This document shows positions 12,243 to 26,039 of a DNA stretch of 64,000 nt, piece after piece. A program made the position numbers and the translations under genes. The notes beneath the pieces are model-generated. The model was not told the origin of the DNA. It was given only the letters and a program-made list of their open reading frames with translations, and did not search any database. Positions within the stretch are counted from its first letter, which is position 1. Each line of letters begins with the position of its first letter. Source of the DNA: Octopus vulgaris (taxonomy: Eukaryota); contig OX597831.1 in NCBI GenBank assembly GCA_951406725.2, positions 61,008,001-61,072,000 on the forward strand, read 5' to 3'.

Positions 12243-15200
12243 CACCCCCTCCGAACTGTTCAGTGTCTGGTATCAGCCTTCCCTACTTCATCTCATGTCT
12301 TAATTTGTTTCCTTGCGAAAGCTCCTCGCACATTTTATAATCGGCACATTTTTTTTAACAGCTGTTGTTATCCATACGCATTACATCAGTGCAGTCTTCT
12401 TTTCTGCACACTACACCTGATTGATCTCATGCCCATTTCTCCTCTCAACACATTTGTACTTTTCTGTTCATGCACATGTAGGGAAAGCATGACAGGACAG
12501 CTTCATCACTTTCTAATTTTCCCAAATCCTCTGCATTCAGGACCCATGTTTCACTACTATGCCCATTTAACACAAAAAATCAAACAATACGCCTTTTATG
12601 CTGATAAAAAATGTCCAAGTTAAAATGTAGACTAGTTTTGAAGTAGACACCTCAAAGGACCTACTTTAGTGCAATAGATAGACCATATATCAAGGTTAGA
12701 TTCAATCTGACAAATGTTTAGAAAAGAGATAGCTGACCGAAGTTTTTTATAATATACTATTAAGATTATTTTCTTAAATTTGTTTCTGTTCTTCCTGATA
12801 TGAGTAACATAAAATTGATGATTGACCAGAAGTGTTCGAACATCAAATTGAATGCCCTGGAACATTCCCTTTGAATCTTTTGGGGTTTTTTTTCCTTTTT
12901 ATCTGAGTCCAAATCATACCCGATTCAGCGTTATCGTTCATCCATTCAAGGCTGATGAACTACTAGTCCAGTCTTTGAGTCGATTCTCTCATTTTCCTTC
13001 CCTCATTTTTCTCTCGTTCTTTCTTTCTCTCTTTCTTTCTCTCTCTCTCTCTCACTCTCTCTCTCTCTCTCTTCCATCTTTCTTATTCTGTTTATGTTCC
13101 TTTTATTGTTGTGGTCAGAGCTCGATTATGATAAATTCTGTTAGATTTGAATCGACAAAGCAACTACACTACAAATCGATGAAGAGTTGAGGGGCCAATG
13201 CAATAGAAAGCAATTGTTTATGATATCCTTGTTGGGTTTCCAAGATTTATGGAGTCATGGACCCATACCAACTACTCCAACTAATTACATAAACAAGGCA
13301 ATGCGAAGGCCTCTATATTGCCGTTTCATCACCTCAAATTAGAAGCGAAATTCTCCCAAATCACACTCTATTTTATAAATGGAAAGACATTTTGGGTAAT
13401 GAAGTGGAGGATGCGTTAGATTATTAATAGATGAAACACTTTATCAAAGACCTGATTTATCTTATCTAAATTAGATCCAAACAACAGCAATATCAAAATT
13501 CTTCAATGTTCTTTTTATCAGAGCTGCAGAATAGCAGAAACACTAGTGTTCCCTTCTAAATGTTATCATTTTATAGATCCAATATCCATTAATAATGGAT
13601 ACACAATTAAGAGTTGCATGTTACTACTTTGACACATTTACCTGGCCATTGTGCACTGATTAACTTTAGTAGAATTCATTCCTTGCCTTGTGGAGAGAGA
13701 TAAACTCAATGCTTGTATTGCTGCACTAATATGCAGGGCATCAACACATCGAAGTAGGTTATCCTAATGCTTCCATTAGAGTAAATACCACTAAAATCTC
13801 TCGCCAGCCACTGGATAAGTGACGGTGTTACAACAAGGGATGGACTAAGTTTACCACGAGGATGAAACGAAAGAGCAACTGGTATGGAAGTCAAAGTAAT
13901 CATATAATGGACTCTGCTAGCACCAAAGAAAACATATCATTTCAGTAGCGGTAGAAAAGCAGAGAGATGACATTCTGTCTATGAGCAAGAAGATGAAGCG
14001 CTACTGAGAGAGCCTTTATGCCGTTTATGATGTATTTTTATTCGGAAAAACCATCCCAGATATAAGAGCACTGCTCTGATGTTATCACTTGAGATTTCTA
14101 GAGGGATAATAATTCTGAGGAGCAGAAATATCTTCTTGAATTGAAAAGAAAGATTAAAATCCTACATTGCAATCTCAACAGTCAGTAAAAGAACTTGTCT
14201 TTAACCACAGCTTTAGTTTTAGTGAACATCGGTAGATCGAAACAGTGTGCAAGCCCATCGAAAGAATTGTTTTCAAAATTCAAGTACCCAAACATGTAAC
14301 ATACTCTGTGTGTAGTTGAATTATAAGAAATCCGTTTATTATACTTGTCTCAATCACTGGAATGTACTTTCACGTTTTTTGACCACACATCTATTTCATT
14401 CTATTTCAAATATAGGATATAATGAACAGATATGTGTATATGAATTATACCTATATGCCTGTACCTGTATGTGTGTATATGATCTAGTGTTTTTCAGGTT
14501 GTGTCCCTTTATGTTATAAGTAGTGCTTCGATAAATAAAAATCAATAAAGTAGGAACAAGACTGAAATAATTATGCAGTTTCCCTTGAGGTCCGCAACCC
14601 AGTATCACAGCAGTTCATTGAACGGACAAGGTAAAAAGGAAATACAAAACAAGAAAATAGGTAAGAGGATTCTAGTGTGAGGTATTGTTTTTAAGAAGTT
14701 GTAATCGCATTAATATATCTGTATAAATTTTAATACAAGAGTTTTATGTGAGATGGAAATAAAGAAACATGCGCATAGGAATAACGTTAGACTATGAGAA
14801 GAACTCTTTAAAATAATGGTAACCTTAAAATGATTTCATCAACTAATGAATGTTTGATTAGTATGTAATTTGTCGCTATGAATTCTTTATCGACATAAAA
14901 TTTCCATTTCGATGAAGATATAATTGAACTGACAATGAGGAATTCAGGTTTCAAATTATTTGATCTATAACTACAAGATCTTTCTTTTATTGCTTTAAAA
15001 ATGCTAGAAAAAAACTAACAAGCAAATGACAGCTGTCAGAAACCGAACAAGCAAATTAATTAAGCGGGTATTGACGGAGGATAATCGTCAACAACATTTG
15101 GTGTCTCGCCCCGAATAGGATTATTGATGCAGAATCAGTACGGTTTAGTGAAACACTAGCTACAGAAAAAAAGATACATTATAGGATTACCTAGTTAAAA

Positions 15201-15632
15201 ACTTAGAAGAGTCCTGCAACAAGATGACGTCCCATCCATTCTTTCGACGTGAAGCTCAAAGGTTGCGTTGTCAGTTCGTTGGGCCTGTGTGACAGAAGCT
15301 GAACGGTGTAAAAAAATTCCAAAGTTTGGTCTTGTTTTTGGCAGACATTGAGTTTCAGCTTGTGCTGAGTGTTACGAAAGGCCGATAACAGACACAGAAT
15401 CGATACAATAAACGATGACAAGCTGCTCGACGAGCAAATCTTTTGTATTGTTTAATTGTCAATATCCTGAATTCGTTTTATTTTACATTTTGTTTAGACG
15501 CAAAAACATACACATTTTTAAGCTTGTCATTTTAAACTTAGTCTTTTTTTTCTATGAGCTCTAGTGGTTAATAAAGAAGCTGCGATCATCATCATCATCA
15601 TCATCATCATCACCATTATTATTATTATTATT

Positions 15633-16243
15633 ATGAGTTTTTCGTTTTCCTGAAATTTTCTTTCCATTTCTTACCGAGGGTCTTCCGACAACTAGAGCAA
15701 AGAAACTCATTATATACATTGGCAAGTCATTGAAATAAACACACCATATATTTCACTTACAAAATCAAATAAAGTTATGCAAAAAAAATTTAATAAATTT
15801 TACATGGTTATCGCTCTCTCAGCAAAAATAATCTTGGTAAGTCAAGGGACATTCTCAAATAATTTTCAGTTCCGTTTTTCGATCATCCCTAGTGCTCTTG
15901 CAATCATTGGTATTGAAACCGCCTTGCGATACAACATTTTTTAGAATTCAATGAGCAAATATTTATATTTTCTGTGCTTGTCAAATTCTTTTGCTGCAAT
16001 ATTTTGATCACAAGGGATCTTCATGTCAACGAATAAACAGGTTTTACTATTATAGTCTTTAACAACAATATCCAGTTTATTAACTTTGATGGTTCTGTCT
16101 GCATGTATAAGAAGGTCACAAAGAATCATGAAATTGTCTCTCTTTGTTGCAAGCTCAACGCGAAGCTTATACCACTTGCCAACAGTTTTGATTTTTATAG
16201 CGCCGACATATTTACCAGTGTGCATATTGCCCACCTTTTTCAC
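15633..16243 (-). mobile_element. degenerate RLE LINE 3' fragment (3'-UTR family 2)
   Basis: HADRTIKVNKLDIVVKD..CLFVDM..KEFDK..KYK; 3' UTR matches 28617-28790. Confidence 0.8.
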
Positions 16244-16498
16244 GTCTTGATTTATTCTCTAATGGTGCTAAAACTTTACGTCCAGAAATTAAGTGGTCCA
16301 CTGTATAAATCCCCTCGTTCTCACTACTGAATCAGTGCTTTGGATCTTTTCCATATTTCCTCACACTGACTTAGTCGTTCCGGGTCAATAAGCCTCGATC
16401 TTAGGCATCTAAGATGAAATCTTCACTCTCTGCCTTCAGCTTCATGACAAATGATGGCTTTGTGTCAGAATTTGAAATTATAGTTATTATTATTATCA

Positions 16499-16690
16499 TT
16501 CAGTGGTTTTATTTTTATAGCGTATTTTCACCTCACTACCGAGCGCAGCTTTGTGTGCCTTGGGTATGTGCTGTGATTGTTGTGATGCTCTGATGGTTAC
16601 TGTATTGAAAGTGTTCTGCGTAGGATGTGTGCAGTGCCTGTTAGTGCAATTTTCTTTATGTTATTTGTGTTTGTAAGACCTAGTGTTTTA
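16499..16690 (-). mobile_element. very short 3' end of RLE LINE family 1
   Basis: Near-identical to 10884-11080; flanked by (AAT)n-derived repeats. Confidence 0.85.
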
Positions 16691-16707
16691 TTATTATTAT
16701 TATTATT

Positions 16708-16738
<31 letters not shown>

Positions 16739-18057
16739 TTGTTATTATTATTATTATTCGCAGCCAACCAGACGTTGTTTTTAAATTGCTTTTTGAAGAA
16801 AGGCTACTTACAACATGAAGTCTTTTTTTTTTATTTACTCTCATAAAGGTAACATCGGGAATCTTGTAATGTACCTACACAGAATTAATAGAAAAGAAAA
16901 TTGTTTGTTGATGTTTTAAAGCAAAATTTAGTTCACGCTGTTTACATACAAAAATGGTTATAAAACTTCCAAACCACGCCCATTGAAATATATCAACTGC
17001 ATAAAAAACACTGTCACATATTCAAAAGACGCAACGAAGGACAAAATAGAAATAACATAGACGCACGTAATAAAAAATGTAATATTAATGGCAATTTCAC
17101 TGAGAGTCAGGCTTGTATAAACAACGCCAGCGCCGCTGTTGTCAACAACTTAATTTGCCCAAATAGTTTACTCTGTCAAATCAAAACATTAGGATTATTT
17201 CAGACGAGATCAGTTTTGCCTGCATGACAACCCAGATTTATACAGTGGAATATGGTTTTCTTCGTAGAAAATCATTTGGGAACTCCCTTTGAAGCTAGAC
17301 AGTCTATTTCCGAGGAATAAATACAAGAAAATACGAAGTATGAGTTTGTTTACCTGTAATTGTTTGAAGAAATTCAGATAAGGGCAGTTACCCTTAAAAA
17401 GAGAGAACAAAAGCTTCGTTCGCTTGAAAAGTAGAAATTGGATGTTGGAATAGTGCGGAAATGTCTATCAACCGCAATTGTATGTTGAAGCAATGAGATT
17501 TAACCTGCCGTAAACTTGCACTTGAATATCTGGAGCAGAGAAACACAAATATGTTTGTGCTGTACATTTGGATTTATCTGAGTGGTGGAATTGCCAGCTT
17601 GTACCACGGTCGTCAGTGCAGAAGTAACGAAGGGCAGCATATCATCGTTTTGGGGTGAGGATGGATTTGCAAGTCCGAATGATTCTTGAAAACAAGTCCA
17701 TACCAAAAGTATATTAAATTAAGAGGACAGAGGCAATGGGAATGTAACTGACTATGTAGAGCAAAAGGCCCGGTTGTTATATATGTAACTAAAAAGACAT
17801 TTCAGAGCCTTTCGCTTAGATGAGCTTAAAAGACTAAAGAAGCATAGGTAAAAGAATCAACCGAGTGCAACTAATTACAAATTAGACCTGGAAGCTTCAA
17901 TCTTCGAGCATCATCAGTCACAGCACCGGAAATGGTGGATGAAGTTGCAGAAGCCAGTAAAACTACCGTACATTATCATATATTGCAGAGGAGTATGTAA
18001 CAGCCAGAGCAAAAGAGACAAAGATTAAAACGATCGCTCAAGAGAGAAGGACATAGC

Positions 18058-18298
18058 GTGACACAGTGTGACAAGGCTGGCCCTTTGAAATACAGGTACA
18101 ACGGAAACACTTAGAAAGAGTGAGCGGCAGTTGTGGTGAAAGAAGACAGCAGGGTTCGCCACGACCCCCTGCTGGTGCTTCGTGGAGCGTTAGGTGTTTT
18201 CGCTCAATAAACATTCACAACACCCTGTCTGGAAATTGAAACCGCGATCCTATGACCGCGAGTCCGCTTCCCTAATCACTGGGCCATTACGCCTCTAC
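18058..18298 (-). mobile_element. tRNA-derived SINE (family C head, D-type 3' module)
   Basis: Minus strand ggcgtaatggcccagtgattaggg...ggtttcaattt; tail segment matches 22088-22135. Confidence 0.75.
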
Positions 18299-19219
18299 AA
18301 TAATGGTTAGTAAGTAGATGAAACGAATATCATAGTTCTTGGTAAGAGTAATACATTATTGACACATTAATAGTGTATTAGTAGAGTTAGAAATATACCA
18401 ATTAGCTACACATAGGATACCAGTAAGCAATAGATATTTCTTCTATTTTAAAAGAAATTTTCTGCGAACGTAGGTTGCTTACATGACGAAAATATCAACC
18501 GGTATGTTTGAATTCTCGAGATTTCAATACTAGAAATGACAGTTGTGGAGAGATATGGAGTGCTATAATCTAACCTAGCCGGAGGTTCTCTACTTATGCA
18601 TTGACGAGAACTTTAAATAAGTTTCGTGATTTATCTTCTGTTTAAATGAGATTTTTATGCCTTATTTTCATTACATGTAAATATCTGTCTTTTTATAAAT
18701 CACTACCTAGTCCCCTTATATATTTTAAAGCGTCTTACCCCGCTCATCGTCTCTGTTTCGCTTTACATGTTTTCAAAAATCTTCTGTTTAACATTTGTTA
18801 TATATTTTCACCCCTTTGCGGCTAATAAAAAGCATTTTTGTTATAACTATTGTTGTTGTCAATCATACTTTAAGAGATAAAACCAAACGTTTTCTTTTAA
18901 AAGAATAGTTAGGTCAGTCAAAGAAAACTTGCATGAAAGTACTCAAATTTAATAAGAATATTTAAAGACGGCCAATAATGTTGGAACACTTTAACACTGT
19001 TTAGGGACACTACTAATATTATTCAGACGTTATCGAAACTACTCTGATTTTCAATAAACTAAATAGATTAACCAGGACAGGCTCGTGGACAGGCGAGTGA
19101 AAACCGTTCAAGTGAAGAGAATATAATGCAGCAGCGTCTAATAAATGCCCTCACTGGTTTCTAAGTGGCTGAGAGCTTGGATGATGTTTGAGCAATTACG
19201 GTCGTAGTCAATCCTTTAC

Positions 19220-19325
19220 AGTACCAGTTACGCACTGGGGTTGATATAATCGACTTAATCCGTTTGTCTGTTCTTGTTTGTCTCCTCTATGTTTATCCCC
19301 TTGTGGGTAATAAAGAAACAGATAT
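19220..19325 (+). mobile_element. 3' half of SINE family A
   Basis: agtaccagttacgcactgggg...ccccttgtgggtaataaagaaa. Confidence 0.8.
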
Positions 19326-20429
19326 ATTGAGGAAATGGAGATATTTTATTGTATTCTGCTTTGAGGGCTAATATAGAATTAAATACAGAACATTTGTATG
19401 TTAAACTAATGCTGCATGTAGACCTAAAAGCATTTGAAAGAGAATCAGAATTTCTATTTTACTATAAATCTAAATAGCGTAAAGTGAAATCTACATAAAC
19501 TAATACTTACCAACATGTAGTTCTACTTATCTAATATTTAGTAACAAGTTACCATTTATTTGCAATATTAATGCAAGTCTTTGATATATGTGTTACTTGG
19601 AGATAATTAATCAGAGCAAGTCTCACTCGAGAATTACACAAAAAAATTATGTAACAAATTAAAGAGAATTGTATAATGCTTTTTTCTGGCTGAAATGTGT
19701 GCATGTTTTCTAAGTCAAAAGAAAGAGAATACAGGAATTGTTCACAATGCAATATGTATGTCAGACAGGAAATTAGGCAGAGAAACTAACAATGAAATGA
19801 AATAGTTATAAAAGAATCAAAGGGAATACTTTAAAAAAATCTGTCTTTTCTTTGTTTAGTTTTAGAAATTCAGTGAAATGGAAACTGGTTTCAGACAAGA
19901 AAACAAATTATATCTTAAATTTCAAAAGACACTGGAAATTCACAAAGAAATATGCAATGAAATGCTTTTCTTTTTTTCATATTATCATTTGAAAGCTTTC
20001 AATATGTCAGAATCTAAAGTGTGCCAGAATAAATGACTTGTGCACTTTGTTTTCATTTTATATGCTGCGTTCAACATTTCTCATCGTCAATTCTGCTGCT
20101 AAATATTCCGGAGGTAATCAGTTACCGCAAGGTTCGGTTTGCCCTTTCAAATTCAGTCTGCTCGAAATAGACTCAGTGACGCAACATCTATAATTTTCAA
20201 CTTAATAATGAGAATATTTAGTAAAACATTGCAAATTTTTGAACCTTTATGAAAATAATTTGATAACATTTCAATAAGATATAAAACAAAAACGTATTTA
20301 ATGTAATATTTTCATTCCAGGGGAAAAGCCATGGAAGTTACAGTTCACTCTAATTTCCACTGAGCGGTTGCTGCTCAGATTCAGACATGTTAAGCAATTG
20401 ATTCTATTTGTTACAATAAATAGAATATT

Positions 20430-21165
20430 ATTTTCTATTCTAAGCACAAGGCCAGAAATTTCGGGGCAGGGGGATAGTCGATTAGATCTAACCCAGTACG
20501 CCACTGGTACTTAATTTATAGACCCCGAAAAGATGAAAGATAAAGTCGACCTCGGCGGAATTTGAACTCAGAACGTAAAGACAGTCGAAATACTGCTAAG
20601 CATTACGCTCGTCGTGCAGACGCTTCTTATTTCTTTATTGCCCACAAGGGACTAAACATAGAGGGGACAAGCAAGGACAGACAAACGGAATAAGTCGATT
20701 ATATCGACACCGTGCGTAACTAGTACTTATTTAATCAACCCCGAAAGGATGAAAGGCAAAGTCGACCTCGGTGGAATTTGAACTCAGAACGTAGCGGCAG
20801 ACAAAACACCTATTTCTTTACTATCCACAAGGGGCTACACACAGAGAGGACAAACAAGGACAGAGAAATGGATTAAGTCATTTGAACTCACAACGTAACA
20901 GCAGACGAAATACCGCTAATCATTACGCCCGGCGTGCTAACGTTTCTTACTTCTTTATTACCCACAAGGAGCTACACTCAGAGAGAACAAACGGATTAAG
21001 TCGATTAAATCGACCCCAGTGTGTAACTGGTACTTAATTTATCGACCCCGAAAGGATGAAAGGCAAAGTCGACCTCGGCGGAATTTGAACTCAGAATGTA
21101 ATGGCAGACGAAATACGGCTACGCATTTCGCCCGGCGTGCTAACGTTTCTGCCAGCTCGCCACCT
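20430..21165 (-). mobile_element. tandem multimer (about 4 units) of SINE family A
   Basis: Repeated gaaaggatgaaaggcaaagtcgacctcgg..gaatttgaactcag blocks; only the last unit has a complete tRNA head. Confidence 0.85.
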
Positions 21166-21950
21166 TCAATAAATAGAATATTGAACCAAAACTGTATGGA
21201 ATTATTTGCAAATTTGTTAGTCAAGCTTCCTACGTTAAATAGGCTGCATTGATTTGTTATCTGTGAGTGTCTACAAGAGATATGGAGTAAAAGGCAAACA
21301 TTTATTTGGTCTCTTAGAATGTGTTATATGACTATAATTGAGATTTGATATCGAACGCAAGAGAATTACCCTAAAACTCTAAAATTGGGGGTAAATGAAG
21401 TATATCAGAGCTGGAAAAATATTTCAGTTTACAATTGAAATGACGTAAGTTTAAGATTCATAGAAAGATATTTTAATCAGATATACCCAGTCCTTCTTAG
21501 CAGGTCAGTTTGACATTATAAGAGCATGCGGATGATGATCGTAATGATAGCCATAGAAACATCAAAACAAATTACGCCACATTTTACCGGGAATCAGCAC
21601 CACCCCTGTATACTTAATGATAATTATTTATTAAGTTTTCACCACACCAACGATATAAACTGTCTGTAATTTGCTGAACAGTCAGAGCAGCTTAGTTATC
21701 TACTACATTATTCACAATTTTTTTAGCTATAAACCACACAATTAGATTTGTTTCAAGCAATGCTTCGCCAATAAAGTTTGATTCATTTCCCAATGCATAA
21801 CAATATGTTTCGCACCATATATTTATTTTCTCTTTTCATTCTATGGCAGTTTTGACCAAACAATAAAATGACACAGCTTATCAATTAATATAGTGAGGTT
21901 TATGCATGTGTGCGTGTGTGTGGTGTGTGTATCTGTGAGTGTGTGTGTGT

Positions 21951-22270
21951 GAGGGCGCGTGGCTTAGTGGTTAGGGCATTCGGCTCATGATCGTAAGGTT
22001 GTGAGTTCGATTCCCGGCGACGCGTTGTGTCCTTGAGCAAGACACTTTATTTCACGTTGCTCCAGTCCACTCAGCTGGCAAAAATGAGTTGTACTTGTAT
22101 TTCAAAGGGTCAGCCTTGTCACTCTCTGTGTCACGCTGATTATCCCCGAGAACTACGTTAAGGGTACACGTGTCTGTGGAATGCTGAGCCATTTGCACGT
22201 TAATTTCACGAACAAGCTGTTCCGTTGATCGTATCAGCTGGGACCCTCGTCGTCGTAACCGGCGGAGTCT
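21951..22270 (+). mobile_element. tRNA-derived CORE-like SINE (family D)
   Basis: Box A tggcttagtgg, box B gagttcgattccc, CORE-like gtgtccttgagcaagacactt; inserted in (GT)n. Confidence 0.85.
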
Positions 22271-22404
22271 TGTTAGAAGAGTGTGTGTGTAGGCGTGTAA
22301 TTCTTCGGGTTACTTTCTTTTCAGTTAAATCGAATGTCAGCCACGACAAACAAACATCTAATTTTGCAAATTTACGTGATTTTTTATTCGTGAAAGACTA
22401 TATA

Positions 22405-22821
22405 TTTATTTCTTTATTGCCCAAAGGGGGCTAAACATAGAGGGTACAAATAACGACAGTCAAAGGGATTAAGTCGATTAAATCGACCCCAGTGTGTAAT
22501 TGGTGCTTAATTTATCGACCCCGAAAGGATGAAAGGCAAAGTCGACCTCGGCGGAATTTCAACTCTGAACGTAACGGCAAACGAAATACCTATTTCTTTA
22601 CTACCCACAAGGGGCTAAACACGGAGGAGACAAACAAAGACAAACAAACGGATTAAGTCGATTATATCGACCCCAGTGTGTAACTGGTACTTAATTTATC
22701 AACCCCGAAAGGATGAAAGACAAGTCGACCTCGGCGGAATTTGAACTCAGAACGTAACGGCAGACGAAATACCGCTAAGTATTTAGCCCGGCATGCTAAC
22801 GATTCTGCTAGCTCATTGCCC
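22405..22821 (-). mobile_element. dimer of SINE family A
   Basis: Two body/tail units joined at gaaatac|ctatttcttta. Confidence 0.85.
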
Positions 22822-22840
22822 AATGAAAGAGTATATATTG

Positions 22841-22882
<42 letters not shown>

Positions 22883-23279
22883 CTGTGTGTGTAAGTAGGG
22901 GTATGCGTACGTACGCATGTATTCAGTAATGCTTCAGAATCGAATTGCACTATTTATACTGCAAGTTTCACAAGAACTGGAAGAGTCTAAAAAAATATTT
23001 GAAAGACGCAGCTGATATCTGGAGAGCAATATTGCATAACTGCTGTTGCCGCTGCTGCTTCTTTCTGCTGTAGTTATTTTTATTGTTACTCAGCCCAGGT
23101 CACACTTAATCGAGAAAACATAAAATCAAAGGCCACTGACCATTCTCTTCGCTCATTTATTCTCAAAATAATATCATCCATCGCGTACTTTGGATACTAT
23201 ATCATGCGGATTCAGTGATCCCACTTTAAGTATTGTGGTAGACGACTGTACTACACAATCTTGAATGTTCAGAAACGAT

Positions 23280-23708
23280 TACTCTTACTCTTTACTCTTT
23301 TACTTGTTTCAGTCATTTGACTGTGGCCATGCTGGTGCACCACCTTTTAGTCGAGCAAATCGTCCCCAGGACTGATTCTTTGTAAGCCTAGTATTTATTC
23401 TATCGGTCTCTTTTGCCGACCGCTATGTTACGGGGACGTAAACAAACCAGCATCGGTTGTCAAGCGATGTGGGGGGGGGGGGGGCAAACACAGACACACA
23501 AACATATACACATACACATACACATATATATATACATATATACGACGGACTTCTTTCAGATTCCGTCTACCAAATCCACTCACAAGGCTTTGGTCGACCC
23601 GAGGCTATAGTAGAAGACACTTGCCCAAGGTGTCACGAAGTGGGACTGAACCTGAAACCATGTGGTTCGTAAGCAAGCTACTTACCACACAGGCACTACT
23701 ACGCCTAT
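23280..23708 (-). mobile_element. tRNA-derived CORE-like SINE (family E) with internal (TG/TA)n and (AAAGAGT)n-like tail
   Basis: Minus strand head taggcgtag..gtgtggtaag..ggttcagtccc, then ccttgggcaagtgtctt; colinear with 52565-52987. Confidence 0.85.
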
Positions 23709-24225
23709 AACTAATTTTTTTTTTAGCTGACTTTAGCTAAGGTGATATGGAATTCATTCTTTCCTTCCATTTTCTTGCCATAGAGCAACTATACTTTTGT
23801 GAACCAGTATTAGTAGATATTGCAAAATGCCAAAGTTATCAAATCCCAGATGCACACTCTGAAATAAAATATGGGACGGCCTTAGAATATCTTCGTTTAC
23901 AGGTGTACTCAATCGGAAATGACCTAGAGCTAAATGGTTACAAAGAATAATGCAACCTACGATGACAATAAAGGAGCCAGTTCATTGATTTCTATTCCTA
24001 ATAATCTACAGCAAATATGTCTCAAATTACGCATTTTTCCGTCTTCAAAAATGGAAGAATGTATTCGAATGTTAAAGACCTTGATGTACGATGACCCTTC
24101 AAATAGCAGAATGATCGCTTCCGGAACGCTTTCAATGAGAGAAGTTTGAAGCCTGGGGTTCAGCAACAATAACCAAGAATGCATTAATTACAATGTTAAT
24201 TAAAGATGTTTCATTTCTGATTAAT

Positions 24226-24440
24226 ATATTGGTTTTAAATTTTGGCACAAGGCCAGCAATTTCGAGGTAGAGGGTAAGTTTGAATACATCAATCCTATTG
24301 CTTTACTGACACTTATTCTATCGGCCCTGAAGGAATGGCTAATTTGACCTCGACAGAATTTGAACTCAGAACTTAAAATGAGCAAAATGCCGCTAAGCAT
24401 TTTGTCCGGCGTGCTAACGATTCTGCCAGCTTCCCGCCTT
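24226..24440 (-). mobile_element. older SINE family A variant (tail ccttgtgccaaaatt)
   Basis: gaatttgaactcagaac...ggcgtgctaacgattctgccagct. Confidence 0.75.
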
Positions 24441-26039
24441 TTGCTGATTAATATATTGAAAGCAATTTTATGGCCAATAGTATTCATAACCATGCAGCTC
24501 ATGATGATATTTGCTATGAAATAATATGAACTATCAACATCTTGGATCAAAAGTACCCAACCTAAACTGTAATGTTAAACTTTACTGCCTATAAGACAGA
24601 GGATATCCTTCAGAATGCTTCCACTGTAAAATTGTGATGCACCTATCATATACACATCGACTGTGTTAAATAACCGAAAAGTTCTGATAACTGTTTTTTA
24701 ATACCTGTCCAAAAGTCTTTTAAGTCTGTTTAAGCAGAGCTGGCGGCTGAAGAATTTTAATAACACGAGGAAACCTACATCCCCATTGGTTCTATGAAAA
24801 CTCACATTAATTTTTTTGACAATGATTATTTCATTTATATTTTCGACTTATTACAAAAACAAACTCTGAACTAACAAAAAACACATACTGATCTTCTTTT
24901 AAAGACTTAAATAAACTATGTGAATTTCCAATTGGCTTTAATACAACCATTCATTTCAAACGGTAAAAGTAAAAGAAAAAAATATTTATTTATTATTTCA
25001 TTATTTATTTGTGATTTTTTGTGCAATTTTTCAGACTTGATTTATGTCAAGAAAGTTTTTCTTCCATATAAAATATGCAACTCACGAAGATTATTTGTGG
25101 CCAATGCCTGAAATAAGTGGGAAAGCATCAGATGTATCAAAAAATACTGTTAAAATACAATCTGTATTTCTTTTATTTCTTTCACAATTTGAAATAATTG
25201 ACACCTCACTTAAATATCTCTTATTGATTGTGAAGTGTTTGGCAAAACTGTCAAAATATTTCGATAAATCAATGTTTGATCATTAAAATTCAGAACACTA
25301 TCATTACCAAAATTTTAATCAGCATCTTGTAATGGGCCACACAAAGAAAGTTGCAATATTAGATGTTTTTAATGTTTTCTCGAAAATTTAAAAAGTTGAA
25401 ATTTGAATTAACATTTCTAAATAAAATGAATAAGAAAGAATATTTTTATCACTTTTGATATATTTGAAATTTGTCTTCATTTCCTCTCTAACCACCAACG
25501 TACACAGACGATAGTAAAACCAGTTTGCAATAGTTGCAATGATGTGGAAGCTTCTCATCCATCAATTCAACTATCTTTATTCCGATGATATTGATAACAA
25601 AAACTTTCAACAGTTTAGCGGCAATACTGGCTGTTTCCTTGGCATTTGGTTCAAACGTATATGTATTTAACACCGATTTGTATTTCTGCTCCTTCATTTC
25701 TTTGTCCCATGCTCATCTCCGTCGGATCATTTATTAGACAAATCTCAACGTCCAAATTGTTGTTGTCAACAAATGTATCGGCGCCAGTTGCATTGTACAA
25801 GTGACTCAACGCATACGTGAAACAAATCATCTCAGATTGCTGATATTCACGAAGAAATAAGAGAGGAAGGGCTATTTTATAAATCGTTTTCTCATTCTTA
25901 TTGTTGCTATTGCCATCTTAAATTATCCATGGTTGAGTAATACACTAAAATTCCCTTTCATCAAAAAAGGATTAGATTTTTATTGGACGACTTTTACAAA
26001 AATGTTCAAGAATAACGAATGCTGTTAGAAATAGCTGAG

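Noticed and set aside
17885-17925. CUGAUGA on the minus strand as a hammerhead
   Set aside because: No GAAA in register and no convincing stems I or II.
20430-21165. CRISPR-like repeat array
   Set aside because: The repeats are SINE units without unique spacers; eukaryotic context and no cas genes.
21951-22025. tRNA gene calls here and at 51555, 41920 and 2840
   Set aside because: Box A/B heads continue into SINE bodies, in some cases with TSDs, and no complete cloverleaf is evident.
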